Shown in pieces: positions 22,602-32,732 of a stretch of DNA of 64,000 bases. A program made the translations under genes and the position numbers. Under the pieces are notes generated by a model that did no database searches, had not been told where the DNA came from, and saw nothing but the letters and a program-made list of their open reading frames with translations. Positions within the stretch are counted from its first letter, which is position 1. Every line of letters begins with the position of its first letter. The stretch is from Candidatus Omnitrophota bacterium (GTDB taxonomy: Bacteria; Omnitrophota; Omnitrophia; Omnitrophales; JACROU01): NCBI GenBank assembly GCA_029261035.1, contig JAJDCD010000023.1, forward strand, positions 237,126 through 301,125, in the 5' to 3' direction.

Positions 22602-23921
22602 TTATTTGTCTTTATCTTTGGCAAGAACAGCGTCTATCCTTGGAACTACTTTACCAACAACAACTTCGACGGTTTCTTTGCCATTAAACATAAGGTCGAA
22701 ACCTTCATTAATATACTTACTTTCTATTTCTCTCCATTTTGGATGAAACGGATCGTAAGTTACGTACTTTACTGCTTTGTTCAACATACCTTTATTGAGC
22801 GGTGGGTTGGAATCCCCTGCCCAATCAGGCCCTTTAGCTATTGCTTGTAAAGCCGGTTGAGCCAGCCCACGTTTTGCTAATTCTTTTTGTCCTGTTGCAC
22901 CTGTTAGTGCTTTTACTACTTCCCAAGCAGCTTCTTTATTCTTAGAACTTTTCAAAATACAATAACCGGAACCGCCTGTACCAAAACCCCGAAGGCCTTT
23001 TGCATTTTTGGGAAACATAGCAACATCCCAATTAAAATCTCTTTTTCTCAAAGAAGGAGTTTCCCAAACGCCCGAAAGAAACATTCCCAATCTTCCCGTT
23101 GTAAACATCGTGTCTACACCCATCCCTGAATTGGTTAAAGCAACAGGTGTTGGCATTACTTTATGTTTGTTAATAAGGTCTACATAAAACTGGAGACCTT
23201 CAATGCTTTCAGGCGAATTCAAAATAGATCTTGTTGGGTTCTTCACATTATCTACAAGACCGCCGCCGTTACCATAAACAAAATTTTTCCAAGCCCAGCC
23301 ATAAAAACCGTATTGAGTGATGCGGCCATTTTCTCTTTTGGTCAAAGCTTGTGCTTTTTCTAACATATCTTGCCATGTCCAATCATCTGTTGGGTACGAC
23401 AAACCTTCTTGATCAAACAAATCCTTGTTGTAAAACACACAAGCAAATGGAGCGGTGTCTCTTGGAATGGCCAAGATTTCCTCATTTACTGTGAACCGGT
23501 CTAAAACCTCTGGAAAAAAAGTAGATGTTTTAAATGTAGAATCATTTTCAATAAAAGGATTTAAATTTTCTAAAACATTTTTACTCGCAAAACTTACAAA
23601 ATAATTTACTTCGGTACAAATAATATCAGGAGCTGCACCTCCAGCAATACGGGTTAAGATCTTGCTAACATATCCTCCATAAGGTGTATGCTCAAAACGT
23701 ACTTTAATGTCTGGGTGCAACACTTGCCAATCACTAATCGAATTCGTGATGATGTCAATTTCATCGGGGCTACCCCAAAAAGCAACTTTAACTAGTGTCT
23801 TTCCATCGTCTTCTGCGTTAGAACCACTACAGCCTGTTACAAAAAGAAAACTCAAACACATTATACAAACAAAAAATTTTGATGCCAAAGAACGTTCAAA
23901 GCGCTTTCGAACTACTTCCAT
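22602..23921 (-). CDS. ABC transporter substrate-binding lipoprotein (carbohydrate family)
   Basis: 439 aa. Lipobox LFVTGCSG and a periplasmic-binding-protein cluster 1-like sequence. Confidence 0.7.
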   Translation of the reverse strand: MEVVRKRFERSLASKFFVCIMCLSFLFVTGCSGSNAEDDGKTLVKVAFWGSPDEIDIITNSISDWQVLHPDIKVRFEHTPYGGYVSKILTRIAGGAAPDIICTEVNYFVSFASKNVLENLNPFIENDSTFKTSTFFPEVLDRFTVNEEILAIPRDTAPFACVFYNKDLFDQEGLSYPTDDWTWQDMLEKAQALTKRENGRITQYGFYGWAWKNFVYGNGGGLVDNVKNPTRSILNSPESIEGLQFYVDLINKHKVMPTPVALTNSGMGVDTMFTTGRLGMFLSGVWETPSLRKRDFNWDVAMFPKNAKGLRGFGTGGSGYCILKSSKNKEAAWEVVKALTGATGQKELAKRGLAQPALQAIAKGPDWAGDSNPPLNKGMLNKAVKYVTYDPFHPKWREIESKYINEGFDLMFNGKETVEVVVGKVVPRIDAVLAKDKDK

Positions 23922-24433
23922 GTGAGATGTCCTATACTGTTGTCTGACTCAGTTGTTGGATAAAGACTTTTAATTATTTCTTCTGGCTGAAACCAAAGTT
24001 TAATTTCTCGCTCTGCATCTTCACAAGAATCCGAAGCATGAACTACATTTTCATAAACGCCTTTTGTAGTGATTCGACCATAAGATCCTCGAATTGTATG
24101 AGGGTCTGCTTCTTCAGGATCCGTTGCTCCAACAATTGCGCGTACTTTTTTAATAGCATCCTTGCCGACGTAAACAAACGCAAGCACTTTGTTGTTCTCG
24201 TAATGCTCTCCCATAATAAAACGGATAAGTTCATCAAAGAAAGGCTTGTCCTTTAAATCACGGTAATGCTCTTCAGCTAACTCGCGGCTAACAACCACGC
24301 ACTTAGCTCCAACAATTTCTAGTTTTGTTTCTGATAACCGACTTAAGATATTGCCTGTTAACGATTTTGAGAGTCCATCAGGTTTAATTAAAACTAATGT
24401 TTGGTTATTTTTCGTAGGCATGAAGGCCATCAT
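23912..24433 (-). CDS. ndk: Nucleoside diphosphate kinase
   Basis: LVLIKPDG ... catalytic His region NVVHASD. The exact start is uncertain. Confidence 0.85.
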   Translation of the reverse strand: MMAFMPTKNNQTLVLIKPDGLSKSLTGNILSRLSETKLEIVGAKCVVVSRELAEEHYRDLKDKPFFDELIRFIMGEHYENNKVLAFVYVGKDAIKKVRAIVGATDPEEADPHTIRGSYGRITTKGVYENVVHASDSCEDAEREIKLWFQPEEIIKSLYPTTESDNSIGHLTWK

Positions 24434-24585
24434 TAATTACCAACTCTCTTTTTATAGGGTATTCCTTTAATAGGTAAAAAGTCTGAAAATTTTATCACAG
24501 TTGGAAATAGAGTCAATGTTCTTCTAGAGAAAGGCATTACTGGGAGGCATTGGACCCATGAACCACGGCAATCTCAGATATTGAG

Positions 24586-25488
24586 CTAGTCTTTTTCCAC
24601 CCCAACTACTTGGAGCACATGTTCTAGCTGATCTAGAGAAAAATATCTAATTTCTAAACGACCTTTTCCTTTATGATCAAAAATACGAACCTGGGTCCCG
24701 AGCTTTTGTTCTAGCTTTGTTTCTAAATCTACGATTTGTGAATCCAAACGACGAAGTTTTTTAGCCCGCCTTTTACCCTCAGGAGCCTTTTGAATCAGTT
24801 CTTCCACCTGTCTTACCGAAAGACCTTCGCTGATAACTCTTTTAGCCATAAGTATTTGCGCAGATTCTGAAGATAAAGCGAGGATGGCTCGAGCATGACC
24901 TTGTGAGATATCCCCTTTAATTAAAGATTCTCTAACTTCATTAGGAAGGCCCAGTAAACGCAAACTGTTTGCCACAGTGGACCTCTTTTTTCCGACGCGT
25001 TTTGCTATTTCTTCTTGAGAATAACCTCTTTCTTCTACCAAGCGTAAATAGGCTCGGGCTTCTTCGAAAGCATTTAAATCTTCTCTTTGGATATTTTCAA
25101 TAAGAGCAACTTCTAGAAGCGCCTCTTCAGCAATGTCTTTAACAATAATAGGTATTTTTTCTAATCCTAATTTTTGAGAAGCTCGGAAACGTCTTTCTCC
25201 ACAAATAATTTCAAATTGATCCCCTTTTCTTTTAACAACAAGGGGCTGTAAAATTCCTTGCTCTTGAATGGATTGAGAGAGTTCTTCTATTTGCTCTTCT
25301 TTAAAATCAGTTCTAGGCTGATCTGGGTTTGGAATAATTTGAGAGAGTTCAGCAAGCAAAACCCCTTCTTTGGGTTCGGAAGACGTTTCTTTCTTTGATT
25401 TCAGACTATCAACATAAGTGTCTGGTATTAAAGCGCTTAAACCTTTTCCAAGGCCTCGTTTAGGTTTGTTTGATTTATTGTCAGCCAT
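24586..25488 (-). CDS. parB: Chromosome partitioning protein ParB
   Basis: 300 aa. ParB-box GERRFRA and an HTH (EIAKRVGKKRSTVANSLRLL). Confidence 0.9.
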   Translation of the reverse strand: MADNKSNKPKRGLGKGLSALIPDTYVDSLKSKKETSSEPKEGVLLAELSQIIPNPDQPRTDFKEEQIEELSQSIQEQGILQPLVVKRKGDQFEIICGERRFRASQKLGLEKIPIIVKDIAEEALLEVALIENIQREDLNAFEEARAYLRLVEERGYSQEEIAKRVGKKRSTVANSLRLLGLPNEVRESLIKGDISQGHARAILALSSESAQILMAKRVISEGLSVRQVEELIQKAPEGKRRAKKLRRLDSQIVDLETKLEQKLGTQVRIFDHKGKGRLEIRYFSLDQLEHVLQVVGVEKD

Positions 25489-25497
25489 GAGTTTTCC

Positions 25498-26427
25498 TTA
25501 CGGTTGTGATGGAGACTCGACAGAAGTTTCAGAACTTTGAGCTTCTTCCGTTTGCGTTGTAGTCTCAGTGGATTCAATAATAGGAGTTGTTTTTTTAGGT
25601 TCAGATGAACCCGCTTCTTTTTTTGATTCTTGTAAGCCCAGACGAGTTAAAAACTCTTCTGTTAAACTGATAAAAGCTTTTGTTCCTTTTCCGGAAGGAT
25701 CGTATTCAATTAAAGGCGTTCCAAAACTAGGAGCTTCACTAATTCGAACAGCTCTTGGAATAGCCGACTTAAATACCTTATCCCCAAAAAAAGAGGTTAC
25801 TTCAGAAATTACTTGTTCTGCTAGTTTGGTTCTGCGATCTACCATTGTTAATACAACGCCTGCTATCTCTATATCTGGATTCAGTTTAGAGCGAATTAAT
25901 TCGAAGGTTTGTACCAGCTGCCCTAACCCTTCAAGAGCATAGTACTCACATTGTAATGGGATAACAAGCTTTGAAGAAGAACATAAGCCGTTTATAGTCA
26001 ATAGGTTAAGGGATGGCGGGCAGTCCAAAATAATTAAATCGTACTCACCTTCTATGTCTTTAAGGCTGTTTTTCAGCCTATACTCTCTATTTTCTATATC
26101 AATCAGCTCTAACTCAGCACCCGTCAGCTCCGCTTTAGACGGAAGAACATAAAGGTTTTTAAATGAGGTGCTTACAATACATTCTTTTATAGAATTTTGG
26201 CCCATTAAAAGATGATAAACAGATAGTTCTAAGCTGTTTTTATCAACTCCAACGCCGCTAGTAGCATTTCCCTGCGGATCTAAATCAATTAGGAGTGTTT
26301 TTATCCCTTTGTCTGCAGCTATAGCGGACACATTGACAGCGGTAGTTGTTTTTCCGACGCCACCTTTTTGATTACAAAATGCAACAATATCAGACATAAA
26401 AACTCCTGTTTGGAAAGATATCGACAC
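25498..26427 (-). CDS. parA: Chromosome partitioning ATPase ParA/Soj, with an S/T/E-rich C-terminal tail
   Basis: Deviant Walker A NQKGGVGKTTT. The C-terminal ~50 aa are low-complexity (SEPKKTTPIIESTETTTQTEEAQSSETSVESPSQP). Confidence 0.9.
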   Translation of the reverse strand: MSISFQTGVFMSDIVAFCNQKGGVGKTTTAVNVSAIAADKGIKTLLIDLDPQGNATSGVGVDKNSLELSVYHLLMGQNSIKECIVSTSFKNLYVLPSKAELTGAELELIDIENREYRLKNSLKDIEGEYDLIILDCPPSLNLLTINGLCSSSKLVIPLQCEYYALEGLGQLVQTFELIRSKLNPDIEIAGVVLTMVDRRTKLAEQVISEVTSFFGDKVFKSAIPRAVRISEAPSFGTPLIEYDPSGKGTKAFISLTEEFLTRLGLQESKKEAGSSEPKKTTPIIESTETTTQTEEAQSSETSVESPSQP

Positions 26428-26504
26428 TTTATTTTCGAAGTTGAGACATATTATAACGATTTGAATTATTAAAGCAAACAGAATGTCTGTTTCACGTGAA
26501 ACAC

Positions 26505-28319
26505 TTAATTTTTAGATTCGTTAAGGACAGTCACTAAAAGGACGGATAAATCGGCAGATGTAATTCCTGGGATTCTTGCTGCTTGACCTATAGATTGTGG
26601 GCGGATTTTTAAGAATTTTTCTCTAGCTTCTCGGCTAAGGCTTTTAACTAGGCTAAAGTCGAAACCTTCAGGAATATGTCTTTTTTCTAGTTTTCGGAAT
26701 TTAGCGACTTCTTGGTTTTGCCGGTTGATGTAGCCTTCATATTTTACATTGAGCTCTACTTGATTAAGGATATAGTCCGGTTGATTTAGAATTTCATTAT
26801 CAATGCCTGGTAAATTTTGAATTTTCATTTCCGGGCGTCTTAAATACTTATCTAAGGGTTTGCTGTCAAAGTGAGAATTTTTAAGTTGTTTTACTAATTC
26901 CTGAATTTTCCCCTGGTTGTTCACAAGTTGTTGATAAGTACTTTCATCAATCAGGCCAAACTCATATCCGTATTTCATCAGACGTTCATCGGCATTATCT
27001 TGTCTTAGTAATAAACGAAACTCTGCTCTTGAGGTTAACATTCGATAAGGTTCATTTGTTCCACGTGTAACAAGGTCGTCAATTAAAACTCCAATATAGG
27101 CTTCTGAACGATCCAGCAAAAAAGGTTCTTGGTTTTTTAATTTTCTGATGACGTTGAGGCCAGCAATGAGCCCTTGAGCCGCGGCTTCTTCATACCCAGA
27201 ACTTCCATTGATTTGGCCGGCTAAAAACAGATTTTCTACCGCCTTTGTTTCAAGGCTCAACTTCAATTGAGTAGGGGGTGAATAGTCGTATTCGATAGCA
27301 TAAGCCAGGCGAATTAACTCTGCTTTTTCAAGTCCTTTCATTGATCTAACTATTTGGTACTGAACATCTTGTGGCATACTCATAGACAGCCCATTAACAT
27401 AAACCTCATCGCTATCAAGCCCTTCGGGCTCAAGATAAATTTGGTGTCTATCTTTGTCTGCAAATTTTACAACCTTGTCTTCAATGCTTGGACAATACCG
27501 AGGTCCTATGCCTTGGATTCGCCCAGCGTAAAGAGGGGATTGATGTAAATTGTCTCGAATAATTTGGTGTGTATTCTCATTTGTGTAAGTTAGCCAGCAG
27601 TCGACTTGAGGGCGGTCTAGTTTTTTCGAACGAAAAGAAAAAGCGCTTTGAACAGCATCTCCTTTAGCAACCTCAATGGCATTATAATCAATGCTGTTAA
27701 TATGAAGTCGAGGAGGTGTTCCTGTTTTAAATCGTTTCAATTCAATTCCGTTATCCACAAGGCTGTCAGATAAGTTCAGTGAAGGGGCTTCGCCTCCGCG
27801 GCCTCCAGGAGTCTTTTTTTCTCCGATATGAATCAAGCCTTTCATAAAGGTGCCTGAAGAAATGATTACAGATTTTGCATAAACCTTTTCTCCAGAATGA
27901 GTTACAACTCCTTTAACTTTTTTATTTTCGACAATGAGAGATTCGACTAAGGCTTGTTCAAGGTCAATATTAGGCTCAGAGGTAACAATTTGTTTCATTA
28001 AGAGAGCGTACTGCTTTTTGTCTGCTTGTGCGCGAGGCGCCCAGACAGCAGGCCCTTTGGACTTATTCAGCATTCGGAATTGAATGGAGGTCTGGTCAAT
28101 GGTTAAACCCATTTGACCACCTAGAGCGTCAATCTCACGAACTATATGGCCTTTGGCAAGACCACCGATAGCTGGGTTACAGGACATTTTTCCAATGGTT
28201 TCTATATTTGCTGTCAGAAAGAGGACTGGAAAACCGGCTCGCGCAATACTGAGAGCGGCTTCGATACCTGCATGACCTGCGCCTACAACAATTGAAGCGT
28301 ATTCTTTTTCTGTTTTCAT
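26505..28319 (-). CDS. mnmG: tRNA uridine 5-carboxymethylaminomethyl modification enzyme MnmG (GidA)
   Basis: 604 aa with an FAD-binding motif VVGAGHAGIEAA and the MnmG C-terminal domain. Confidence 0.95.
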   Translation of the reverse strand: MKTEKEYASIVVGAGHAGIEAALSIARAGFPVLFLTANIETIGKMSCNPAIGGLAKGHIVREIDALGGQMGLTIDQTSIQFRMLNKSKGPAVWAPRAQADKKQYALLMKQIVTSEPNIDLEQALVESLIVENKKVKGVVTHSGEKVYAKSVIISSGTFMKGLIHIGEKKTPGGRGGEAPSLNLSDSLVDNGIELKRFKTGTPPRLHINSIDYNAIEVAKGDAVQSAFSFRSKKLDRPQVDCWLTYTNENTHQIIRDNLHQSPLYAGRIQGIGPRYCPSIEDKVVKFADKDRHQIYLEPEGLDSDEVYVNGLSMSMPQDVQYQIVRSMKGLEKAELIRLAYAIEYDYSPPTQLKLSLETKAVENLFLAGQINGSSGYEEAAAQGLIAGLNVIRKLKNQEPFLLDRSEAYIGVLIDDLVTRGTNEPYRMLTSRAEFRLLLRQDNADERLMKYGYEFGLIDESTYQQLVNNQGKIQELVKQLKNSHFDSKPLDKYLRRPEMKIQNLPGIDNEILNQPDYILNQVELNVKYEGYINRQNQEVAKFRKLEKRHIPEGFDFSLVKSLSREAREKFLKIRPQSIGQAARIPGITSADLSVLLVTVLNESKN

Positions 28320-28456
28320 AGCCGCGCATTATATCATGGGGGTAGCTGTGCTACCACCGTTAGAGAATGCCTACCTAACGGTAGGCAGAGATATTATCGT
28401 TTGCACAACATACGTTAATGTGTTAATATTTGGATGAACTTCAAAGGACAGGATGA

Positions 28457-28747
28457 ATGATAAAAGAATTTGGAACAAAAGCGACAGAAGATATTTATAA
28501 TGGTATAACCTCAAAAAAAGCAAAAGAAGTACCTAATAATATTCATAAAATTACTTGTCGCCAATTAGATATGATTAATTCTGCTTTTGTTTTGGAAGAC
28601 TTAAAAATTCCTCCAGGAAATAGATTGGAGAAACTTAAGGGCGATCTGAAAGGGAAATACAGTATTAGAATTAACGATCAATTTAGAATTATTTTTGAAT
28701 TTAGAGATGTAAATGCATATCAAGTAAAAATAGTAGACTATCATTAA
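28457..28747 (+). CDS. higB: HigB-like toxin (RelE/ParE superfamily, plasmid maintenance system killer)
   Basis: 96 aa. Typical HigB sequence features (LKGDLKGKYSIRINDQFRIIFEF) and it lies directly upstream of an XRE antidote gene. Confidence 0.75.
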   Translation: MIKEFGTKATEDIYNGITSKKAKEVPNNIHKITCRQLDMINSAFVLEDLKIPPGNRLEKLKGDLKGKYSIRINDQFRIIFEFRDVNAYQVKIVDYH

Positions 28748-28760
28748 AGGGGAAAATACA

Positions 28761-29036
28761 ATGATTCCTAAAAATAGAAAACCCACACATCCTGGCGAAA
28801 TACTATTGGAAGAATTTTTAAAGCCAGCTAAGATGACACAAAGTAGCCTAGCAGACTTAATGGACGTTCCTATACAGAGAATAAATACGATTATTAATGA
28901 GAAAAGAGATATAACTCCAGAAACAGCTATTTTACTGTCTCAAGTTTTAAAAACTAGTCCTGAGTTTTGGATGAATTTACAAATGACTTTTGATTTATAC
29001 AATGCAAAATTAAAAATCACAAACAAAGCAGCTTAA
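28761..29036 (+). CDS. higA: HigA-family antitoxin (XRE HTH)
   Basis: 91 aa. HPGEILLEEFLKP...SSLADLMDVPIQRINTIINEKRDITPETAILLSQVL matches the HigA addiction-module antidote family. Confidence 0.8.
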   Translation: MIPKNRKPTHPGEILLEEFLKPAKMTQSSLADLMDVPIQRINTIINEKRDITPETAILLSQVLKTSPEFWMNLQMTFDLYNAKLKITNKAA

Positions 29037-29081
29037 AAAATTTTTAGCCAATAGCTAACAGCTATAGACAAAGGATTTGTT

Positions 29082-30071
29082 ATGAGTGCAGAAACACAAA
29101 AAGCATCTTCAATCAAAGAATTTATTAAGAATAACTATCGTCACTTTAATTCCGCTGTTGTGGTAGACGCATCAGAAGCTTGGATTGATTTGCTTAATCA
29201 AGGTGGAAAAATGTTTCTGACTATGGCAGGAGCTATGAGTACGGCAGAGCTTGGCATTTCACTTGCAGAACTGATTCGACAAGATAAGGTTCATGGAATT
29301 TGCACGACAGGGGCTAATTTAGAGGAAGACGTTTTTAATTTAGTGGCGCATGATTACTATAAAAGAGTTCCTGGATATAGACATTTAACAGCAGAACAAG
29401 AACTTGAACTGTGTGCCCAAGGCTTGAATAGAGTGACAGATACCTGCATTCCAGAAGAAGAAGCGATGCGTCGAATAGAAAAACGGGTTTTGAAATTATG
29501 GAAAAAAGCCGAAGCAGAGGGAAAGCGCTATTTTCCATATGAATATATGTACCAATTACTGGACCAAGAAGATTTGGTAGATATTTTTCAAATAGACCCT
29601 AAAGATTCTTGGCTGATTGCGGCTAAAGAAAAAAATCTCCCCATCTTTACTCCAGGCTGGGAAGATTCTACATTGGGAAATATTTTTGTTTCTAACTTTC
29701 AAAGAAAAAAAATTAACTCCTTACAATTAGTGAAGTCGGGGTTGGAGCAAATGGATGTGTTGATCGGCTGGTATAAAGAAATGACCAAAGATAAGCTTTT
29801 AGGTTTTTTTCAAATTGGAGGGGGCATTGCTGGCGACTTTCCTATTTGTGTGGTTCCTTTAATACAACAAGACCTTAAAGAGGAGTGTCGTTTGTGGGGT
29901 TACTTTTGTCAGATTAGTGACAGCACCACTTCTTATGGTTCTTATAGCGGAGCGGTTCCAAACGAAAAAATTACTTGGGGGAAATTGGATAAAGATACTC
30001 CAAGTTTTATTATCGAATCCGATGCCACGATCGTGGCACCTCTTATTTTTAATTATGTTCTAGGAAATTAA
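29082..30071 (+). CDS. Deoxyhypusine synthase-like protein
   Basis: 329 aa. The N-terminal region is consistent with a DHS-like NAD-binding fold (AVVVDASEAWIDLL, TMAGAMSTAELG, GICTTGANLEEDV). Confidence 0.7.
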   Translation: MSAETQKASSIKEFIKNNYRHFNSAVVVDASEAWIDLLNQGGKMFLTMAGAMSTAELGISLAELIRQDKVHGICTTGANLEEDVFNLVAHDYYKRVPGYRHLTAEQELELCAQGLNRVTDTCIPEEEAMRRIEKRVLKLWKKAEAEGKRYFPYEYMYQLLDQEDLVDIFQIDPKDSWLIAAKEKNLPIFTPGWEDSTLGNIFVSNFQRKKINSLQLVKSGLEQMDVLIGWYKEMTKDKLLGFFQIGGGIAGDFPICVVPLIQQDLKEECRLWGYFCQISDSTTSYGSYSGAVPNEKITWGKLDKDTPSFIIESDATIVAPLIFNYVLGN

Positions 30072-30093
30072 AAATTACTTAGGGAAGAGTCTA

Positions 30094-31050
30094 TTGCGAT
30101 ATCAAAGTTTATTTCTTTTTATACTCCTGTTTTTCACCTCCTGTTCTGGAGCTAAAAACCCCGTAACTCAAAGTGAAAAAATTGTAGAGAATATCGAACA
30201 AATGTTTATCGAGCAGGGTGTGGACTATTCCGCAGCTGCTCTGGTTTCGGTTTTGATGGAAAAGCGAGACAGTCTTGTTAATTTGAAGGGCTCTCTTTCT
30301 GTAGAAGAGGAAATGGAAGGGGTTCAAAAAAGCATAGAAAAAATAGATTGCTTTAGAGGGTTGTTAGCCATCGATGTTTTTCAAAGCGGGCGGTTGCCCA
30401 CAGGGGTTTCTCTAGAAGAAGGGGAGAGTCTAGGCCAATTTCGAAGGATCGCGCCGGAAATACAATCTTTGTTTGATTTCCTCCCTCAAGAGGAGGGGCT
30501 TATTTCTGTAAGGGGTGTCTTGCGCTTTTATGAGACAATTCAAAACGAAATCCCTGATTATTCTTTTGCTTATTCCGCACCGGCTTTCTTTTCTCTTTTT
30601 TATGGAGACATGGAGGAAGCTATCCGTTTGGCAGAGGCGGCCTTGAAGTTAAACGAAAAAGATTTTCTAGCACTGAGAACGCTTTTAGTTGCTTTGTATG
30701 GGAAAGAAGAACATGAAAAAGATTTTGAATATTTTGTAAAACAATACAAAAAAATTGTTCCCGATTCTTTTCTTGTTGATTATTTCCTTAGCAGAATTGC
30801 ACGAGTACAGGGAGATATGAAAGATGCGATTCGGTTTGCAGAAAATTCCATTAGTAAAATTAGAAGTGGCCAGCTTATATTTTATCTTGCAGAGCTTTAT
30901 GAAGAAGACGGCAATTTAGAAAAGGCTCGATACCACTACGCTTCACTTCTGGCGATATCAAAGTATGCTGGAAAACCTTTTTATTTGAAAGCCGCACAAG
31001 AAGTAGAACGCATAGCAAAGCTCATGGAAGAAGAGAAGAAGAATTCTTGA
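30094..31050 (+). CDS. Lipoprotein with TPR-like helical repeats
   Basis: A signal peptide with lipobox FFTSCSG, and helical-repeat character in the C-terminal half (AIRLAEAALKLNEKDFLALRTLL..., LAELYEEDGNLEKARYHY). Confidence 0.5.
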   Translation: MRYQSLFLFILLFFTSCSGAKNPVTQSEKIVENIEQMFIEQGVDYSAAALVSVLMEKRDSLVNLKGSLSVEEEMEGVQKSIEKIDCFRGLLAIDVFQSGRLPTGVSLEEGESLGQFRRIAPEIQSLFDFLPQEEGLISVRGVLRFYETIQNEIPDYSFAYSAPAFFSLFYGDMEEAIRLAEAALKLNEKDFLALRTLLVALYGKEEHEKDFEYFVKQYKKIVPDSFLVDYFLSRIARVQGDMKDAIRFAENSISKIRSGQLIFYLAELYEEDGNLEKARYHYASLLAISKYAGKPFYLKAAQEVERIAKLMEEEKKNS

Positions 31051-31085
31051 AGAAGGGACAACCCCATAGGACTGCCCCTTAGTTT

Positions 31086-32732
31086 TTAATCGTGATGTGG
31101 AATAGGAATATGAATTTTCTTGATTACACCTTGATGCAAAATGGTTAAGAAATTACTAACAGTCCAATAAAGCACCAATCCTGATGGTAAGTTATAAAAA
31201 ATCACCCCAAAAATAAGAGGCATGAACATCATCATTTTTTCTTGTTCAGGCGACATTCCGCTGGCTGGATTTAATTTTTGCTGCCATATCATAGACCCAA
31301 GCATAATAAGGGGCAAGATGTTGACCCCGTCACCGAGAAGGGGCAGTGTGAATGGAAGTGTAAATAATTTATCGGGTTCTGATAGATCTTTGATCCACCA
31401 AATAAAAGGGGCCTCCCTAAGTTGAACTGCTTGGGACAACCCTTGATAAAGAGCAATAAAGATAGGCATTTGAAGCAACATAGGCAAGCAACCGCTAAGG
31501 GGGTTTACTTTATGTTTTTTGTAAAGTCCCATCATTTCTTTTTGCAGCTTTTTTGGATCTTCTTTATGTTGCGCTTGAAGCGCTTTTATTTTGGGCTGAA
31601 GCTCCGCCATTCTTCTCATGGAAACAAAACTAATATGTGTTAGAGGTGTAAATAAAAGTTTAATGAGCATGGTTAATAATATAATCGCAACTCCGTAGTT
31701 AGGAATCCAGTTATAACACCAGTCCATAATAAAAATCATTCCAATACGAAGTGGACCAAAGAAACCTTTAGAGATCAGTTTTTGAAAACCAAATCCGTAA
31801 GAACGAAGTTCGGGATAACTATTAGGCCCTGCATAAACAAGATAGCTATGTTCTACAGTGCTGCCTGCAGGAATGTTGAAGCGCTCTGTCATAAAAATGG
31901 ATTGCATTTCTTCAGGAGAGACTTCTTTTGCTTTTATTTCACTAATAACGACGTTGGAGCTCGGCTTAATAATAAGAGAAAGATACTTTCGGTTTAATGA
32001 GAACCAATCTAAATCACCTTCTAGTTCAAAGGACTTCTTCTTTAATTTAGCTGCTTTTTTCGACTCTATTTTTTCCGCCGCATAAACATTAAACTCTACG
32101 TAGCTCGCAGCATATCCTTTTTCATTATGAAATAACTGAGAAGACATTTCATAACGTGTTGTAATAGATTGATCCGTTAAGTTCTTAAAAGAAAGAACCA
32201 CATCAAAGGAGTGTGAGTTTGGATTAAAGATAAACTCTTTTTTCATTTCAATTTTTTCATCTAGAGTGTTCTTAAAAATAATTTCATTAGTTCTGGATTT
32301 TTCTCGAGAGAATTCGCTTGTAGAAGATGCGGATTCGAAACCTTCGAGCCAAACTTGGAAAGCTCCTGGCCCATCTTCGGATTTAATTAAAGTGCCTTCA
32401 TCTTTGTTTTTTAGAGCAAATTCATCCAAATAAAAATTTTGTATTAATCCGCCTCGAGGAGATAACGTTAAGTGGTAGCCTTCAATTTCTGCTTTTTCCA
32501 AGTTGGTTTTAAAGATAGGCGCTCTTAAAGCAGGTGCATTGAACCCCGAAGACGAGGCTCTAAGAGTCTCTTTTGCAGTTTGTTGAGTTGTTTGTACTTG
32601 TTCTTGAGATATGTTTTTAGTTACAGGCTGTGGTGCTAATGACGGGAAAAATATTTTCAAAACATAAGGGTAAAAAATAATTAAAAGGAAACTTAAAACC
32701 AAAGCTAAAATTAATCTTTTTTCTGTACTCAT
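31086..32732 (-). CDS. yidC: Membrane protein insertase YidC
   Basis: 548 aa with a large periplasmic domain and a C-terminal 5-TM core, upstream of yidD-rnpA-rpmH. Confidence 0.9.
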   Translation of the reverse strand: MSTEKRLILALVLSFLLIIFYPYVLKIFFPSLAPQPVTKNISQEQVQTTQQTAKETLRASSSGFNAPALRAPIFKTNLEKAEIEGYHLTLSPRGGLIQNFYLDEFALKNKDEGTLIKSEDGPGAFQVWLEGFESASSTSEFSREKSRTNEIIFKNTLDEKIEMKKEFIFNPNSHSFDVVLSFKNLTDQSITTRYEMSSQLFHNEKGYAASYVEFNVYAAEKIESKKAAKLKKKSFELEGDLDWFSLNRKYLSLIIKPSSNVVISEIKAKEVSPEEMQSIFMTERFNIPAGSTVEHSYLVYAGPNSYPELRSYGFGFQKLISKGFFGPLRIGMIFIMDWCYNWIPNYGVAIILLTMLIKLLFTPLTHISFVSMRRMAELQPKIKALQAQHKEDPKKLQKEMMGLYKKHKVNPLSGCLPMLLQMPIFIALYQGLSQAVQLREAPFIWWIKDLSEPDKLFTLPFTLPLLGDGVNILPLIMLGSMIWQQKLNPASGMSPEQEKMMMFMPLIFGVIFYNLPSGLVLYWTVSNFLTILHQGVIKKIHIPIPHHD

